DNA of 63,727 bases, the filler included, from Octopus bimaculoides (taxonomy: Eukaryota), in NCBI RefSeq assembly GCF_001194135.2. It is 7 parts of 5 records of this genome, joined end to end, with 100 filler letters (N's around TTAATTAATTAA, not from the genome) between each part and the next. Parts side by side here need not be neighbours in the genome. Positions count along the whole stretch, not along the records: positions 1 to 14,194 come from NC_068986.1; 6 more parts are not named here. The stretch is one strand, 5' to 3'. Both the position numbers and the translations under genes were made by a program. The notes below the pieces were generated by a model. The model was not told where the DNA came from and searched no databases. It saw only the letters and a list, made by a program, of their open reading frames with translations. This document shows, one piece after another, positions 1-14,061 of the stretch; the stretch's first letter is position 1, and each line of letters starts with the position of its first letter.

Positions 1-319
1 AACTATAGGTGTACTCGGTTAGGACAGATGTTAGCGTCTTATACATTGTTGTTAAGCAGGTTATGGGGCGATAATATTTTGGTTCGTTTGTTTCTTCATT
101 TTTTGGAAGCAGGAATGTTAAACCATTAACTAGCCAAGAGGGCATCAAACTAGGATTTTGCAAAACATCGTTGTAAAGTTTTGTTAGCAGTTCATGGATT
201 TCTGGGAAGGCATTCAACCAGAAGTTAGGAATTTTATCCTTTCCTGGAGACTTCCATTTGCTTGACCTCCTGAGAGCAGATCTTATATCTTCTACTTTGA
301 CCCCCTCCCACTTTTGCTC

Positions 320-370
<51 letters not shown>

Positions 371-1097
371 ATCTGAATTATTATTAAATCCAGATCTTTT
401 TTCTGACAGAGCTGTTAACCAAGTTCAGGCGAAGGCAAAAGTTAAGCACCTAGCAACGAGAAAGCTGTCAGGCTTGTATAATTCACTACGTGCTGAACAA
501 ATGCTGCATTTGATAGGTCAACCATTATAAAATTCTATAGAATAGTGATGATTCTGTTAAGCTTGACTTATTGAAATTTCGTTTTAAATTTCTTTAGTAA
601 TACTGTTACTGGTGTGCCACTTACATGTTTGAAAATAATTTAGTTTCATGTAAATGCTTATAAATAGATATTTTATAGCATGATATTGCCAGAAGATGCT
701 TATGTTTTCTTATTTTGTGTGACTTTCAAAAAGTTTCCTGGCTTTTCTATCTTCTCCATCATGAAATTTCTCTCTCTCCCTCTTTCTTTCTCTCTCTCTC
801 TCTCTCTCCCTCTTTCTTTCTCTCTCTCTCTCTCTCCCTCTTTCTTTCTCTCTCTCTCTCTCCCTCTTTCTTTCTTTCTCTCTCTCTCTCCCTCTTTCTT
901 TCTCTCTCTCTCCCTCTTTCTTTCTTTCTCTTTCTCCCCCTCTTTCTTTCTCTCTCTCTCCCCCTACCCCCTCTCTCTCCCTCTTTCTTTCTCCCCNNNN
1001 NNNNNNNNNNNNNNNNNNNNNNNNNNNNNNNNNNNNNNNNNNNNNNNNNNNNNNNNNNNNNNNNNNNNNNNNNNNNNNNNNNNNNNNNNNNNNNNNN

Positions 1098-1136
<39 letters not shown>

Positions 1137-1276
1137 TCTTTCTTTTTTACTCCGCTTTCTACCATAAAAAGTTCAGAAGATGACTGACCGTTGGAAGAAA
1201 AGTTCATCGCGAGGAGAGGCTTCGGAAGATGAACTATTCCTGTACAATAAAATATGGTTTATTTTATTTATTTATC

Positions 1277-1316
<40 letters not shown>

Positions 1317-2814
1317 TTGGTGGGGGTACTCAAAATTGCATGCATGTTACGATGGAAAAAAGCTAAAAAAAAAACTTCCTATATTCATACAATTGTTTAA
1401 AAACATAAAACGCAAGCTGTTAAGAATTTCTTCTTTAAAGAAGCAAAAATTCCAACGAATTTTTATTATTTATTTATCTCTTCATAATTTTAACTTTCAT
1501 GAATATTGTCAAAGCTTTGAGTAAACGTGCAAACGTTATGTTATATTAATCTAGACCACACAAGCTTGCTTGGAGCTAATTAGAAAAGCTACAGAGTGAC
1601 GGGATCCCTAGACTGTTACTGAGAAATAAATAACTAACAACCTGCAGGTGTAGACATCTTTGCATTTAAGATCACAGAAAATACCACAAAAATACGAGAT
1701 GTATGTTCCTCTGTTTGCTATTTTTTCTTTGCATTTTACGTTAATCTAAAAGGAAGAAGTATTTTTTCTCTCTAGATTTCTTTTCGTAATTCCATGTGTA
1801 TAATTATGTTTGAACTTTGTAATTTCGTATGATGTAAAACGTAAAACATGAAGAAAAGAGTAAACCAGTTATCAACACGAACTCTTGTAACTGCTGTTGC
1901 TACTGCTTTTCAAGGAACAATTGTAGTAAGAAATGGGAAGTATATACGTTTTCTGAGTTCTGCCTTTATTTATTTTATTTGTTTGAACATGGTATATCTT
2001 CAGTTACTGCCGTCAGGATGTCATTCCCGAAAACCGTTTTTAATGCGCTGTAGAGGGAGTCTACACAGTGACTCGACCCAGTATGTATAACAACCTACTT
2101 GTCTTCAGATCATTCTTCACCATCTTTAAGAAAGAATACATTGGCTATTGAGTTATATATTTTTTTAAATGCACTGAAAAATAAACGGGGTAGACAGAGA
2201 ATGTAGAATTTTATCTACGGTCAGTAGATTGTTTGTTCGGTCAAGGCTGACCTGAATCAGAATAAACGACCGTGACTACGTCTTTTTTTAGATTGTATGC
2301 CCATATTTTTCGGAATGAATCTGTTTGGTTCCACCAGTCCTTTCTATGCAGTCCTAATTTTGTGAGTTCCTACCATTCACCGTCTGTTTTTTAGGTGACT
2401 TATGCAAGTAAAATGTTTCCTGACCTAATTATGTTCATAATGAGATCATGAGGTTTCTCTCCATTTCAACGTTATTCTGCATCATAACTGCATTGAAACA
2501 TTTCACTGAAATAAATGGCAACTAAACTCGATTTCCCTCTATACTAGAAATAACAGCGTAATCTTAAAATCCAAACGTGGCCTCATAAAAATGGGAGAAA
2601 AGAATTGGTCTTTGAACTAGAAGGAAAAATAGGATAGTAACGTCAGGAACGCCGTTGCACAAAACTCTACTAAATGAGGGCTGAATGAGATTAAATAACA
2701 ACTACAACGGTTATTCTTTTGCAAAAAAATCATAAATCTTCATTTTGGCATTGAATGAAATGTCTATTCTTTCGTTTCTTTTTAGCAAATACAGATCGAA
2801 ATAGTTCTTAATCT

Positions 2815-3135
2815 GGCACTCCGTTGCTTACAACAGCAAGGGTTCCAGTTGATCCGATCAACGGAATAGCCTACCTGTGAAATTAACGTACAAGTGGCTG
2901 AGCACTCCACAGACACGCGTACCCGTAACATAATTCTCAGGGAGATTCAGCGTGACACATAGTGGGAGAAGCCTGGCTCGTTGAAATACAGGTACTGCTC
3001 ATTTTTGCCAGCAGAGTGTACTGGAGCAACGTGAAATAAAGTGTCTTGCTCAAGGACACAACGCGCCGCCAGAAATCGAAAGGCCGACCTTACGATTGTG
3101 AGCCGCATAGCCTAACCACTAATCCACACGCCTCC
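2815..3135 (-). mobile_element. tRNA-derived SINE family B
   Basis: Head ggcgtgtgg.ttagtggttagg..ggttcga. Matches 48045-48360 and 48620-48820. Confidence 0.85.
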
Positions 3136-3747
3136 AAAATAGCTCTAGTCACATAACAACAGGGTAGATGAGTGAGATGAAACAGTAAGTTGATACACGG
3201 ATAAGCATACATTCAAGATTTTGTTATGAAGAATTAAAGTCTAATGGTTCATTCCCTCATTCGTTTAATCCATAAAACCAATACCCAACATGGGTAAAAT
3301 GTAAGGTTCGAGTCCATTGGAATTTAAACAGGAAACCAATGAGAAATAATTTAAATTAGATGATATTCATAAAAGTTAAGCATCTATACTAAGGTTGCTC
3401 TATTGCTTGTAGAACATGATATACTCGAACAAAGAAAAACATTGTCTAAAATTGCTCAATTTATTTAGTCGCTCTTTTATCGATGCAACCATTGATTTTA
3501 ACTTATTTTTTCTACATAAACACAACTTATAAAAATTAAAGGGAAGGGGGCTGTCGATCACCTTGATTCCAGTGCTTGGCTGGTGTTTTGTTTTAACGAG
3601 CTCGGAAAAATAAATGTAAAACTAACATCGGTGGGAAAGGAGTTCAGGACGGAAGTAACTAGAACTCTAAAACGGAAGACATCATTTCATTTGACAATAA
3701 TAAAAGGATACTTCTGTTCCAATATTGCAAGAGATTTTTTTTTTTAA

Positions 3748-3962
3748 GGCGGTGATCTGGTAGAAACGTTAGCACGCCGGGCGAAATGCTTAGCGATATT
3801 TCGTCTGTCTTTATGTTCTGAGTTCAAATTACGCCGAGGTCGACTTTGCCTTTTATCCAATTGGAGTCGATAAATTAAGTACCAGTTGCGTATTGGGGTC
3901 GATCTAATCTACTGGCCTCCTCCCCCAAAATTTCTGTCCTTGTACCTAGATCAGAAAAGAAT
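3748..3962 (+). mobile_element. tRNA-derived SINE family A
   Basis: A-box- and B-box-like (gagttcaaatt) head, flanked by TSD aatattgcaagagatttt (3721 and 3960). Confidence 0.9.
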
Positions 3963-5026
3963 ATTGCAAGAGATTTTGTTTTATTTGCTTTCCTGGTTCT
4001 ATTTTCTTCTTTCGTGATGCAACATGATCAACTTTGATTTTCACTCCACTAAAACAAGTAGTACCTGTGATGCAATTGGATTGATTCATCGGTATATTTG
4101 TCTCTGTAACCAAAATGTTGCTTTTATGCTTAGTAATTCAAAAGAAATTAATAGATCGATTCGTTATAGCTAAATGAGATATTTTCAGATAAAATTCGAA
4201 ACCGATATCACAAGGCCATTTCTGTACATTTGCTATTACAAAATTCTTCCTGCTATCACAAAATTCTAATGTCCGTCTTTATCATGCCATGGAACCAATT
4301 TATATCAAGCTCGGAACAAGTGATGCAAATCTCTGTTTAAATTGTTGTTTTTGTTGATTTTTCGCTCTTTCGTTTCATTTCACGTAATCAAAGGGTGCCA
4401 TTTTCTGTTGACGCTATACATGAAACAGAATTTGAATACTGAATAATTTAATGCCGATACCCCAGTAGAATGCTTTTATCAGACCAGATACTCATCTCTT
4501 ATATTGACACTTTTTCGACAAAATGGTCAATTGAGATTGGCGTATCGTTCCTCTGCTAGTTTTCATCACTATACATATAACCTGATTACACAGATACCCC
4601 GCGTCAACTTGATTAGATAAAACTGGAGCCCTATGAGGTAGACATAGATAATTTATACGAATTATATTATGACTTATGTTCTCCACTGTGTTTTACGAGT
4701 GAATATATCGCGTTTCCATAAATAACTTACTAGATATACATACTATGAATCTGGTGATGAAACATTCCATGATTAATTGGCTAACTGTGATTTAAAGAAT
4801 ACTTAATCACAAACTACTTTGATAAACAGTTGGGCATACGGAATAATATTCGACTGAAGGTTTTAGGGGAAAAAATTATATTGAGAGACATGGCTACCAA
4901 TTCATGCGAAAGCAACAAACAGTCGTCCGATCTCTTCTCCACCCACTTCTGCTTCATTGCTTTTCACTTTTCCCTGCTTCCTTCACTATTTATCTTTTCT
5001 CTCTTTCCCTCTCAGATATACATACG

Positions 5027-5067
<41 letters not shown>

Positions 5068-5439
5068 NNNNNNNNNNNNNNNNNNNNNNNNNNNNNNNNN
5101 NNNNNNNNNNNNNNNNNNNNNNNNNNNNNNNNNNNNNNNNNNNNNNNNNNNNNNNNNNNNNNNNNNNNNNNNNNNNNNNNNNNNNNNNNNNNNNNNNNNN
5201 NNNNNNNNNNNNNNNNNNNNNNNNNNNNNNNNNNNNNNNNNNNNNNNNNNNNNNNNNNNNNNNNNNNNNNNNNNNNNNNNNNNNNNNNNNNNNNNNNNNN
5301 NNNNNNNNNNNNNNNNNNNNNNNNNNNNNNNNNNNNNNNNNNNNNNNNNNNNNNNNNNNNNNNNNNNNNNNNNNNNNNNNNNNNNNNNNNNNNNNNNNNN
5401 NNNNNNNNNNNNNNNNNNNNNNNNNNNNNNNNNNNNNNN

Positions 5440-5480
<41 letters not shown>

Positions 5481-5999
5481 CATATATATATGTATGTATA
5501 CACATATATACATATGTATATACATATATATATATATATATACATATATATATACATACATATATACATACAAACACATCTACACACACATACAAAAACA
5601 TTTATATTATTAGGCATACAGGTACACGTATATATATATATTTGTGCATGTGTGAGATAGAGTGTGTATATGTGACAGTATGCGTGTGAGTGTATGGATA
5701 TCAAGTATAACATTCATAATCATACACGTACGTATATTTCTAAGCACAAACTAAGATAATGATGGTAGACGTGACTAATGAAATTTAGTATTCCGAAAAG
5801 ACAAAGCACAAAAGTCTTTGGAGGAGAGGAGCAATTTCCAATAGATACCATGGGATTCGGTTAAAAAAAAAACAACTTATACCGGGTTAATTTATAGAAT
5901 GTGGTAACTACCATGTTAGTTTCTTTTTCCAATGCTAATAAGTATTTTCTCCCATATCTAAACTATAACAAAGACGCATTGATACCTGTTATAGCAAAC

Positions 6000-6560
6000 G
6001 TTTATAGTGCAAACCTGGAGTATCAAGTCAAGCTTGTGTCATTACATTATAGAAGGGAAGCATGCACAAGTTTCTTCGTGCAGAAGACATGAAAAACACA
6101 TGCCAGTCAAAAGACAGAAGCAGCGTTAGTAGCTCCAAATACTATACGAGGGAGGATACCACAAATAATAAGTTGCAGAAGAGTGGTTGTTATATTCGTG
6201 CCAATCTTACCATACTCGCATCTGTTGTGGCCACGAACAGATTCTGCTGACACACAAACGAGTCATCAAGAGATCTTGTATGAGTTAGTATTCGAGGGAT
6301 ATGCAATTCTAGAAAGGAAAACAAGTTTGTTTGCAGCTCGATGTTGTCTGCCAGCTCATGAACCTGCCAAATTAAAGCTGAGTCTAAACGAGAACAATAG
6401 AAACTAAAGATAACGTGAGTGATTTCAGGTAACATCTTGGGTTCCTGTGCAATACTAACTCTACAAAACAACATCGATTTAACAATGGCGGACGCACAGT
6501 GTTCTTCAAACTGCTGTAAATAGCAGATGATGGTCCCTAAAATCACGCCCTGCCGTCTTA
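6000..6560 (+). mobile_element. Highly decayed RTE/RTEX-like LINE C-terminal remnant
   Basis: TTNNKL..RVVVIFVPILPY..W and ERKTSLFAARCC resemble TKLRLY..LLYG..W and RRLxFAGHC. Weak match. Confidence 0.4.
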
Positions 6561-6679
6561 AAGATAAGGATTCATTATAAAATACAGTCCCTGATATACA
6601 AAATGACAATATGGACAGTTTTAGAAATACTACGAACAATATATTCAATCAGAGTTAATGTTGTGTGGAGCAAAACAAC

Positions 6680-6839
6680 TACAAGTGCAGAGTTGGATAT
6701 GTGGTTAAGAAACTCGCTTCGCAACCACGTGGTTTCGAGTTCAGTACTAGTGCGGGTTAGTTTAGATAAGTATTCAATATAGACCTGGGCTGACCAAAGC
6801 CTCGGGAGTGAATATGGTAGGCAGAAACTCTGTGGAAGC

Positions 6840-6873
<34 letters not shown>

Positions 6874-7115
6874 ATGTGTATGTGTGTATGTGTAAATATG
6901 TATGTATATATGCTTGTGTCCTTACCATCGCTTGACAACCGATGCTGGTTATTTGCGTCTCTGTAACTTCGCAGTTCTGCGAAAGAGTAAGGTAGGATAC
7001 GTACCTGACTTAAAAATAAGTTCTGGGTCTGATTTGTGCGACTAAACCTTGAATACTGTGCCCCAACATGGCCGCAGTCCAATGACTAAAACAAATAAAG
7101 TATATAAGAATAAAA
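6680..7115 (+). mobile_element. SINE family C with internal microsatellite
   Basis: tRNA-like head, (TA)n/(TG)n core, tail ...catggccgcagtc..tgactgaaacaa. Partial copies at 13770-13859, 28130-28240, 43600-43820, 49670-49880, 58470-58670 and 62430-62640. Confidence 0.8.
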
Positions 7116-7479
7116 ATACTAAAGTGACATCTAGTTCAGCCAATATGTATATGAGAGCGCACACGCCCCTGTTTATCTCTGTGTATCAAATCTGCCGAGT
7201 TCTATACGTCTGTATAAATTCTGTACTATTATCCTTAACTCGACATTTCCTTAGTTTGATACCATTGCCATATATTTTGATACGTTTTGGCGATTTTTAA
7301 ATTCTTTTTGCTACTTTGGCTTAATTTATATTCTCAATTCATCATTTAAATTTTTTTCTATTCCCCAGTTATGACTTGATTCTTATTTGCCATACATTGA
7401 AAAAGAAATGATACACTCATACTATTAAGCGCATGCGTGAATAGTTAAGAAGTAAGATATAAGATAAAAAGAATGGCAA

Positions 7480-7775
7480 TGGGATTGCACCTAGAAAGTT
7501 CCCTACAAGGCACAAGTCCTGGTAAGGTTGTTTATGGAAGACCAGCAGTCGCCCATGCATAACAGCCTCCCCTTTCCACACCACTAAATGTTATCCAAGG
7601 GAAAAGCAAAGCCCGATACAGCTTGGCACCAGTGACATTGCAACTCATTTCGAAAGGTAAATGAACTGGTGCAAAGAGAAATAAAAGTGTCACAATACAC
7701 AACCCGGCCCGGGAATCGAACTCACTACCTCATGATTGTGAGCCCAACACTCTTACCACTGAGCCATGCACCTTC
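7480..7775 (-). mobile_element. SINE family B variant
   Basis: Same head with a different body, shared with 58850-59150. Confidence 0.8.
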
Positions 7776-8486
7776 ATAAATACAAGTTATCACTTTGATA
7801 TAAAAATCGTTACTCCAGTAAAAGAAATTCAAGCAAATAAGAGGCTCATCATATGTTGAAGCAGAAAAATGCTGATAGATTCCCACAACCTTGTGCTTAA
7901 TATTCTTTACATCTAAGGCGTGCAATTAACTACCATATAAACACACTTTGTATGGATGTATTCGAGAATCAGTTGTTTTGTTTATTTACTTCACATATTC
8001 ATATGTCATATCCCCCATCCCACTTAATTCTAGCGCTACGTTCCAGAAAACGTTGCGTAACGTATCTCGCTTATGAACATATTCAATGTTTTCCATGAAA
8101 CGTGGAAATGAAGTGAGAATGGATTAAGACAACATTTTCAAGAATGCCAAGATTTTGTAGCTATGGCATGCAAATAGTTATGCACTCTCAGCGTATAAAG
8201 ATCTCACTTAAAGGAACTATGACGATTCTTAGGAAGTTCCGGTGTATCGAGTTACCACACACACACAGAAACATACTTGACTACATACACAAGTATGCAT
8301 ACCTACACACACACACATGCACATGCACACACACACACACATAATGTATATGCATGTATATATTAGGAAAAAAGGGATTAAAAAATCGAGACAGATGTCA
8401 ATAAAGTACTCAGGTTTAAACGAATTTGGTTTTATATATACATGGTGTATATGTATGTATGTATTTATATATGCATATATATATAG

Positions 8487-8583
<97 letters not shown>

Positions 8584-10804
8584 NNNNNNNNNNNNNNNNN
8601 NNNNNNNNNNNNNNNNNNNNNNNNNNNNNNNNNNNNNNNNNNNNNNNNNNNNNNNNNNNNNNNNNNNNNNNNNNNNNNNNNNNNNNNNNNNNNNNNNNNN
8701 NNNNNNNNNNNNNNNNNNNNNNNNNNNNNNNNNNNNNNNNNNNNNNNNNNNNNNNNNNNNNNNNNNNNNNNNNNNNNNNNNNNNNNNNNNNNNNNNNNNN
8801 NNNNNNNNNNNNNNNNNNNNNNNNNNNNNNNNNNNNNNNNNNNNNNNNNNNNNNNNNNNNNNNNNNNNNNNNNNNNNNNNNNNNNNNNNNNNNNNNNNNN
8901 NNNNNNNNNNNNNNNNNNNNNNNNNNNNNNNNNNNNNNNNNNNNNNNNNNNNNNNNNNNNNNNNNNNNNNNNNNNNNNNNNNNNNNNNNNNNNNNNNNNN
9001 NNNNNNNNNNNNNNNNNNNNNNNNNNNNNNNNNNNNNNNNNNNNNNNNNNNNNNNNNNNNNNNNNNNNNNNNNNNNNNNNNNNNNNNNNNNNNNNNNNNN
9101 NNNNNNNNNNNNNNNNNNNNNNNNNNNNNNNNNNNNNNNNNNNNNNNNNNNNNNNNNNNNNNNNNNNNNNNNNNNNNNNNNNNNNNNNNNNNNNNNNNNN
9201 NNNNNNNNNNNNNNNNNNNNNNNNNNNNNNNNNNNNNNNNNNNNNNNNNNNNNNNNNNNNNNNNNNNNNNNNNNNNNNNNNNNNNNNNNNNNNNNNNNNN
9301 NNNNNNNNNNNNNNNNNNNNNTGCATATAGGGAGAATTCACAAAAAAAAATAACAGACGAAGACAGGTGGTGTACTGTTCTTTCTCTCTATCCCCTTTCG
9401 TTTTTCTGTCTCTTCCTTTCTCTAATTCCTTTTTTCCCCTTCTCACCCTTTCGTTTTCCCTCTTATTCTTTCTCTAATTCTTTTTCTCCCCTTCATCGTT
9501 TTCTTTATGTCCCTCTCTCTCTTTCCCTCTTCTTCTTGTACACTCTTGTTGCTTACACATTGTCATCGTCCATCTTTTTTTCCAAGCGTATTCTTGTCTG
9601 TCTCCTCTCCTACCTTTTCTCCTGTCAAAGAATGTTCCTCAGCGTTCACCTCCTCACCCTGTCTGGCTTAGCAGCCCATATTATTTGTTTCACTGTCCTG
9701 CTTTTGTTACCAACTTTGACCCTCCGCAAAATTCCAAATTTTATTTCGGTTTGCGGGAGCAACTGTTTCTCCGAAGGCACATATTGTTGTGAATTGCTCG
9801 AAAATGTGGAGTAGATAAACAGCCGACAACTGATGAAGGTTCATTCCTTATGTTACTTGTCTTGTATTCTATTTGTTTATCTTGTTGTTCGTCAAAAAAG
9901 TTTTGTCTTCGTGTTTCATGTTGTTTATGGTATTTCGGATTTCATGATTTCGTATTTCATGTTGTTTACGTTTTGTGACGCCCTGTACCCACATATGCAT
10001 TTATACATATACTAGCAGCTATGCTCTGTTTCACCTGGTCGGCCTGGATGATGTGGCTGTAAAACCTGCTCTGCATTCGACTTCTTTCGGCACGCTTACG
10101 TTAAGAAACAATTTTTTCAGTCAAAAATTTAAAAATAACTGACCGAAAAAACAAGAAAAAACAACCAAGATTCAACCAAATCAAAAAATAAACCCAAATA
10201 CTAAGCGAACAACGATGAACCATTCCACTTCCATTGCGCGCGCACGCGCACATACACACAAACACACACACACACGCACACACATACATACACACACACA
10301 CACGCGCACACACACACACGCACACACACACACATTGACATACCCCTCTTTTACAGACACACATATATTCACACAGAGTTGAAAAGCNNNNNNNNNNNNN
10401 NNNNNNNNNNNNNNNNNNNNNNNNNNNNNNNNNNNNNNNNNNNNNNNNNNNNNNNNNNNNNNNNNNNNNNNNNNNNNNNNNNNNNNNNNNNNNNNNNNNN
10501 NNNNNNNNNNNNNNNNNNNNNNNNNNNNNNNNNNNNNNNNNNNNNNNNNNNNNNNNNNNNNNNNNNNNNNNNNNNNNNNNNNNNNNNNNNNNNNNNNNNN
10601 NNNNNNNNNNNNNNNNNNNNNNNNNNNNNNNNNNNNNNNNNNNNNNNNNNNNNNNNNNNNNNNNNNNNNNNNNNNNNNNNNNNNNNNNNNNNNNNNNNNN
10701 NNNNNNNNNNNNNNNNNNNNNNNNNNNNNNNNNNNNNNNNNNNNNNNNNNNNNNNNNNNNNNNNNNNNNNNNNNNNNNNNNNNNNNNNNNNNNNNNNNNN
10801 NNNN

Positions 10805-10901
<97 letters not shown>

Positions 10902-12394
10902 CACATAGCTATAGATATGAATGCTATTGCTCGATACGTTTAGATGCTGACACGTGTTAAGTCTTGGAAGTATGAAATACGCAATGAAAAGCCGTACATG
11001 TTTCCAAAATAGTAATGACCTCCAAACACGCCAGGTTTAAATGCCACGAACTACTACGTTTGGAGCGTTGTTAAAAGGGAGACTAATCAACATTCTCACA
11101 ATAACATGGCTTCACTGACGGCCGCCATTAACCAGGGGATAAACGAATATGGACTCCTTACTGCAAGCATGTGTACTATTTCAGTGGCACATTGCAGTAA
11201 TCAACAAAGGTGAAATAATGTTCATAGCATAATCTCATAAGAAAGCCTAACGAAAACGTTCACAAATTTTTATGAAAATACATTTGGTTTTTGCAAGATC
11301 AGATTTGTATAAATAACCAAATATGTCCTCGAATTGTCTTCAAATACATCTTGGTCCCGGTATGTGTGTATGGGGGTATGTGTACGCGTGTGTCTGTGCC
11401 TGTGTATCGACGAAAGTGAGAACTGCTGAGGCAGTTATTTATTTAATATGATGTCAAATATCTATTCAAATAAGTCAACTCGTTTTAGCTATACAACTAA
11501 CAATAGTAGAGTTAACTTCAATTTCATAGATTTCAGTTAAGACTAAAGTAAGTCGTGATCGATAAGAGTCTAAAGACACTTCAAACTATATAGTTTGGTC
11601 AACCCGCTTTTATTCCGCGCGATGAGGTTATATAAACATCACAAATGTTTACGATTATCTAATATGTTTAATAAATTTACAAAAATAGTCAATATTTTCC
11701 AATTTTTATATCGATAAATACACATACATACTTACATACAAACATGCAAACTTANNNNNNNNNNATATATATATATATTTATATTTATATATATGTATTA
11801 TACACACGTATACGCCTTTGTTTGTAGGTTTGTATGTAAGCATGTATGTGTTTAAACACACACACACACATACATACACACACACAGCCGCACACGTGCG
11901 CACGCGCATACACACAGAATGACATATTTAATATTCTTAATACTTTCTGAATGATTGAAACGTGGATATCTATTGTTTCTGGGTGATTTTTCTTTGGGGG
12001 AGGGGGTCACCAGAGGAGAACGCCTCCTCCCTTTTAGGCGACGTGCGGTGATTAACTGCAGTGGTTCGACCTCATTGTCTGTTTCCTCAGTCAATGCTAC
12101 GCAGCCTCAAAATCCTCTTACGTCGGTGAATCACGTTCTGTTACAAGCACATATCGTTGAATGGACGTAGGGTGTTCTTCGTCAACGAAAATCAACAACG
12201 ATTAAAATATTCACGTTCGAATCTGCCAGAGCGCATTGTTAAGAAGGAACAGATGCTTTATCGTTTGGAATCCCGCTGTTCTTCTTGCATCACATGAAAT
12301 ATGTGTATGTGTGTATGCGTGTGTATATGCATGTGTATGTGAATGGGTACGTGTGTGCGTTTCTACATGAGTGTGTCTGTACGGGTACGTATGT

Positions 12395-12434
<40 letters not shown>

Positions 12435-12566
12435 ACGTGTGTGTGTGTTTGTGTGTGTTTGTGTGTGTTTGTGTGTGCGTGCGTGTGTGTCTATTCGTAT
12501 AAAGATTGCTATCTATGACTTATTTGTTCACCACTACCCGTATGAAAACACTGTGCTATGGTTTGG

Positions 12567-14061
12567 TTGTCTTAAATACAGGAAGTAACGACAGCAATAA
12601 TATTCCTTTTTCCACAGACACGAAAAGACGTTTGTGTAAACATTAACTTGCTATAAATCTAGTTCAACACTCGTTCATATTTCCTTGACCTTATCGAGAT
12701 GCTCATATTAGCATCTCTTTAAGACCATTTGATTCTTATTTTCTCTTCTTTTAGGACTTGCTTTATGGCCTAAAATATTTCTGTTTCTTCTCTTTCGCGA
12801 TTTTTCTGCAGACATTTTTTTTTATCTCGCCTTTTCCTTTATTTTTCTGTTCGTTACTTTTTTACGTGTTCGTGTCCCTGTGTAGGTGAGGGTCTTATAT
12901 TCTTTTATGTATGTTTTCTTTATTATATTTTTATCATTAACAGTATTATTATTATTATTGCCGTCGTCGTTGTTGTTGTTGTTTTGTTAAGTAGTGGTAG
13001 TTGTAGCAGCAGCCATAACAGCAACAGCAGTAAAGGCAGCAACAGTAAGATAATCTTCAAATAATCCATGGACTCAATCTACCACAGATAGAAACTGTTA
13101 CTATTCCCGCTTAATGCCAGCTAAATCAACAAAAATAAAAACACAACATGGACATTAACATCATTATTATACTCATCACCATCGAAAGCAGCATCGACAG
13201 CAGAAACAACAACAGTAACCAAAAGGTATAACAACAACAACGCCCACAAACCTCCAGAAATAACAAATGAAACCTTAAGAAAATAACAGCGGTTACTAGG
13301 CAAATAAAGGGTAACAGCTATCTCTTAGTAAAAGAGCGTTAAAACCGTAAAAGAAAATAATTTAACCCTGTTCAGTTGTTGAACCTCTGCAAAGTTTAAG
13401 TGCGAGCCACGTTGGAACACTGCGAACTACCTGATGAGATGTTGCTTCTGATACGAACATCGTAACCCCTACTAAAAGATGTTCAAATATTCACTACCAT
13501 GCTACAACCACTAGGCCTATACACGGTAATTCTTTATTCTGTTTCTGCTATTAATACGACAATCTTCTCTAAAATTAGCGAGGGGAATATCTCTTCCACT
13601 ATTGAATAACTAATGCACGTACCTCTTCTATTCGATTCTCAGTGTACGCACATGAACCAGCATTAAATTAAAATAGTTATCTATATATCAAACTTAACTC
13701 ATATACACTGTTATCAGGTGTGATGTTGTGGTTCTTGTCTGAAAGAAAATGCATCACCCCGATCTCTTTTGTTTGTTTCAGTCATTAGACTGCGGCTATG
13801 GTGGGGCACTGCCTTGGAGAATCTTTAATTGAATGACCTTTATTTTTTTAAAGCCTGGTCCATAAAGCAAGTCCTAAAAGAAGAGAAAATAAGAATCAAA
13901 TGGTCTTAAAGAGATGCTAATATGAGCATCTCGATAAGGTCAAGGAAATATGAACGAGTGTTGAACTAGATTTATAGCAAGTTAATGTTTACACAAACGT
14001 CTTTTCGTGTCTGTGGAAAAAGGAATATTATTGCTGTCGTTACTTCCTGTATTTAAGACAA
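12567..14061. repeat. Perfect 202-bp inverted repeat (12567-12768 / 13860-14061), 1091-bp spacer
   Basis: Base-by-base reverse-complement identity, checked by hand. Confidence 0.97.

Noticed and set aside
2815-7775. tRNA-like A/B boxes
   Set aside because: They are SINE heads (multicopy, with tails and in several copies TSDs), not cloverleaf tRNA genes.
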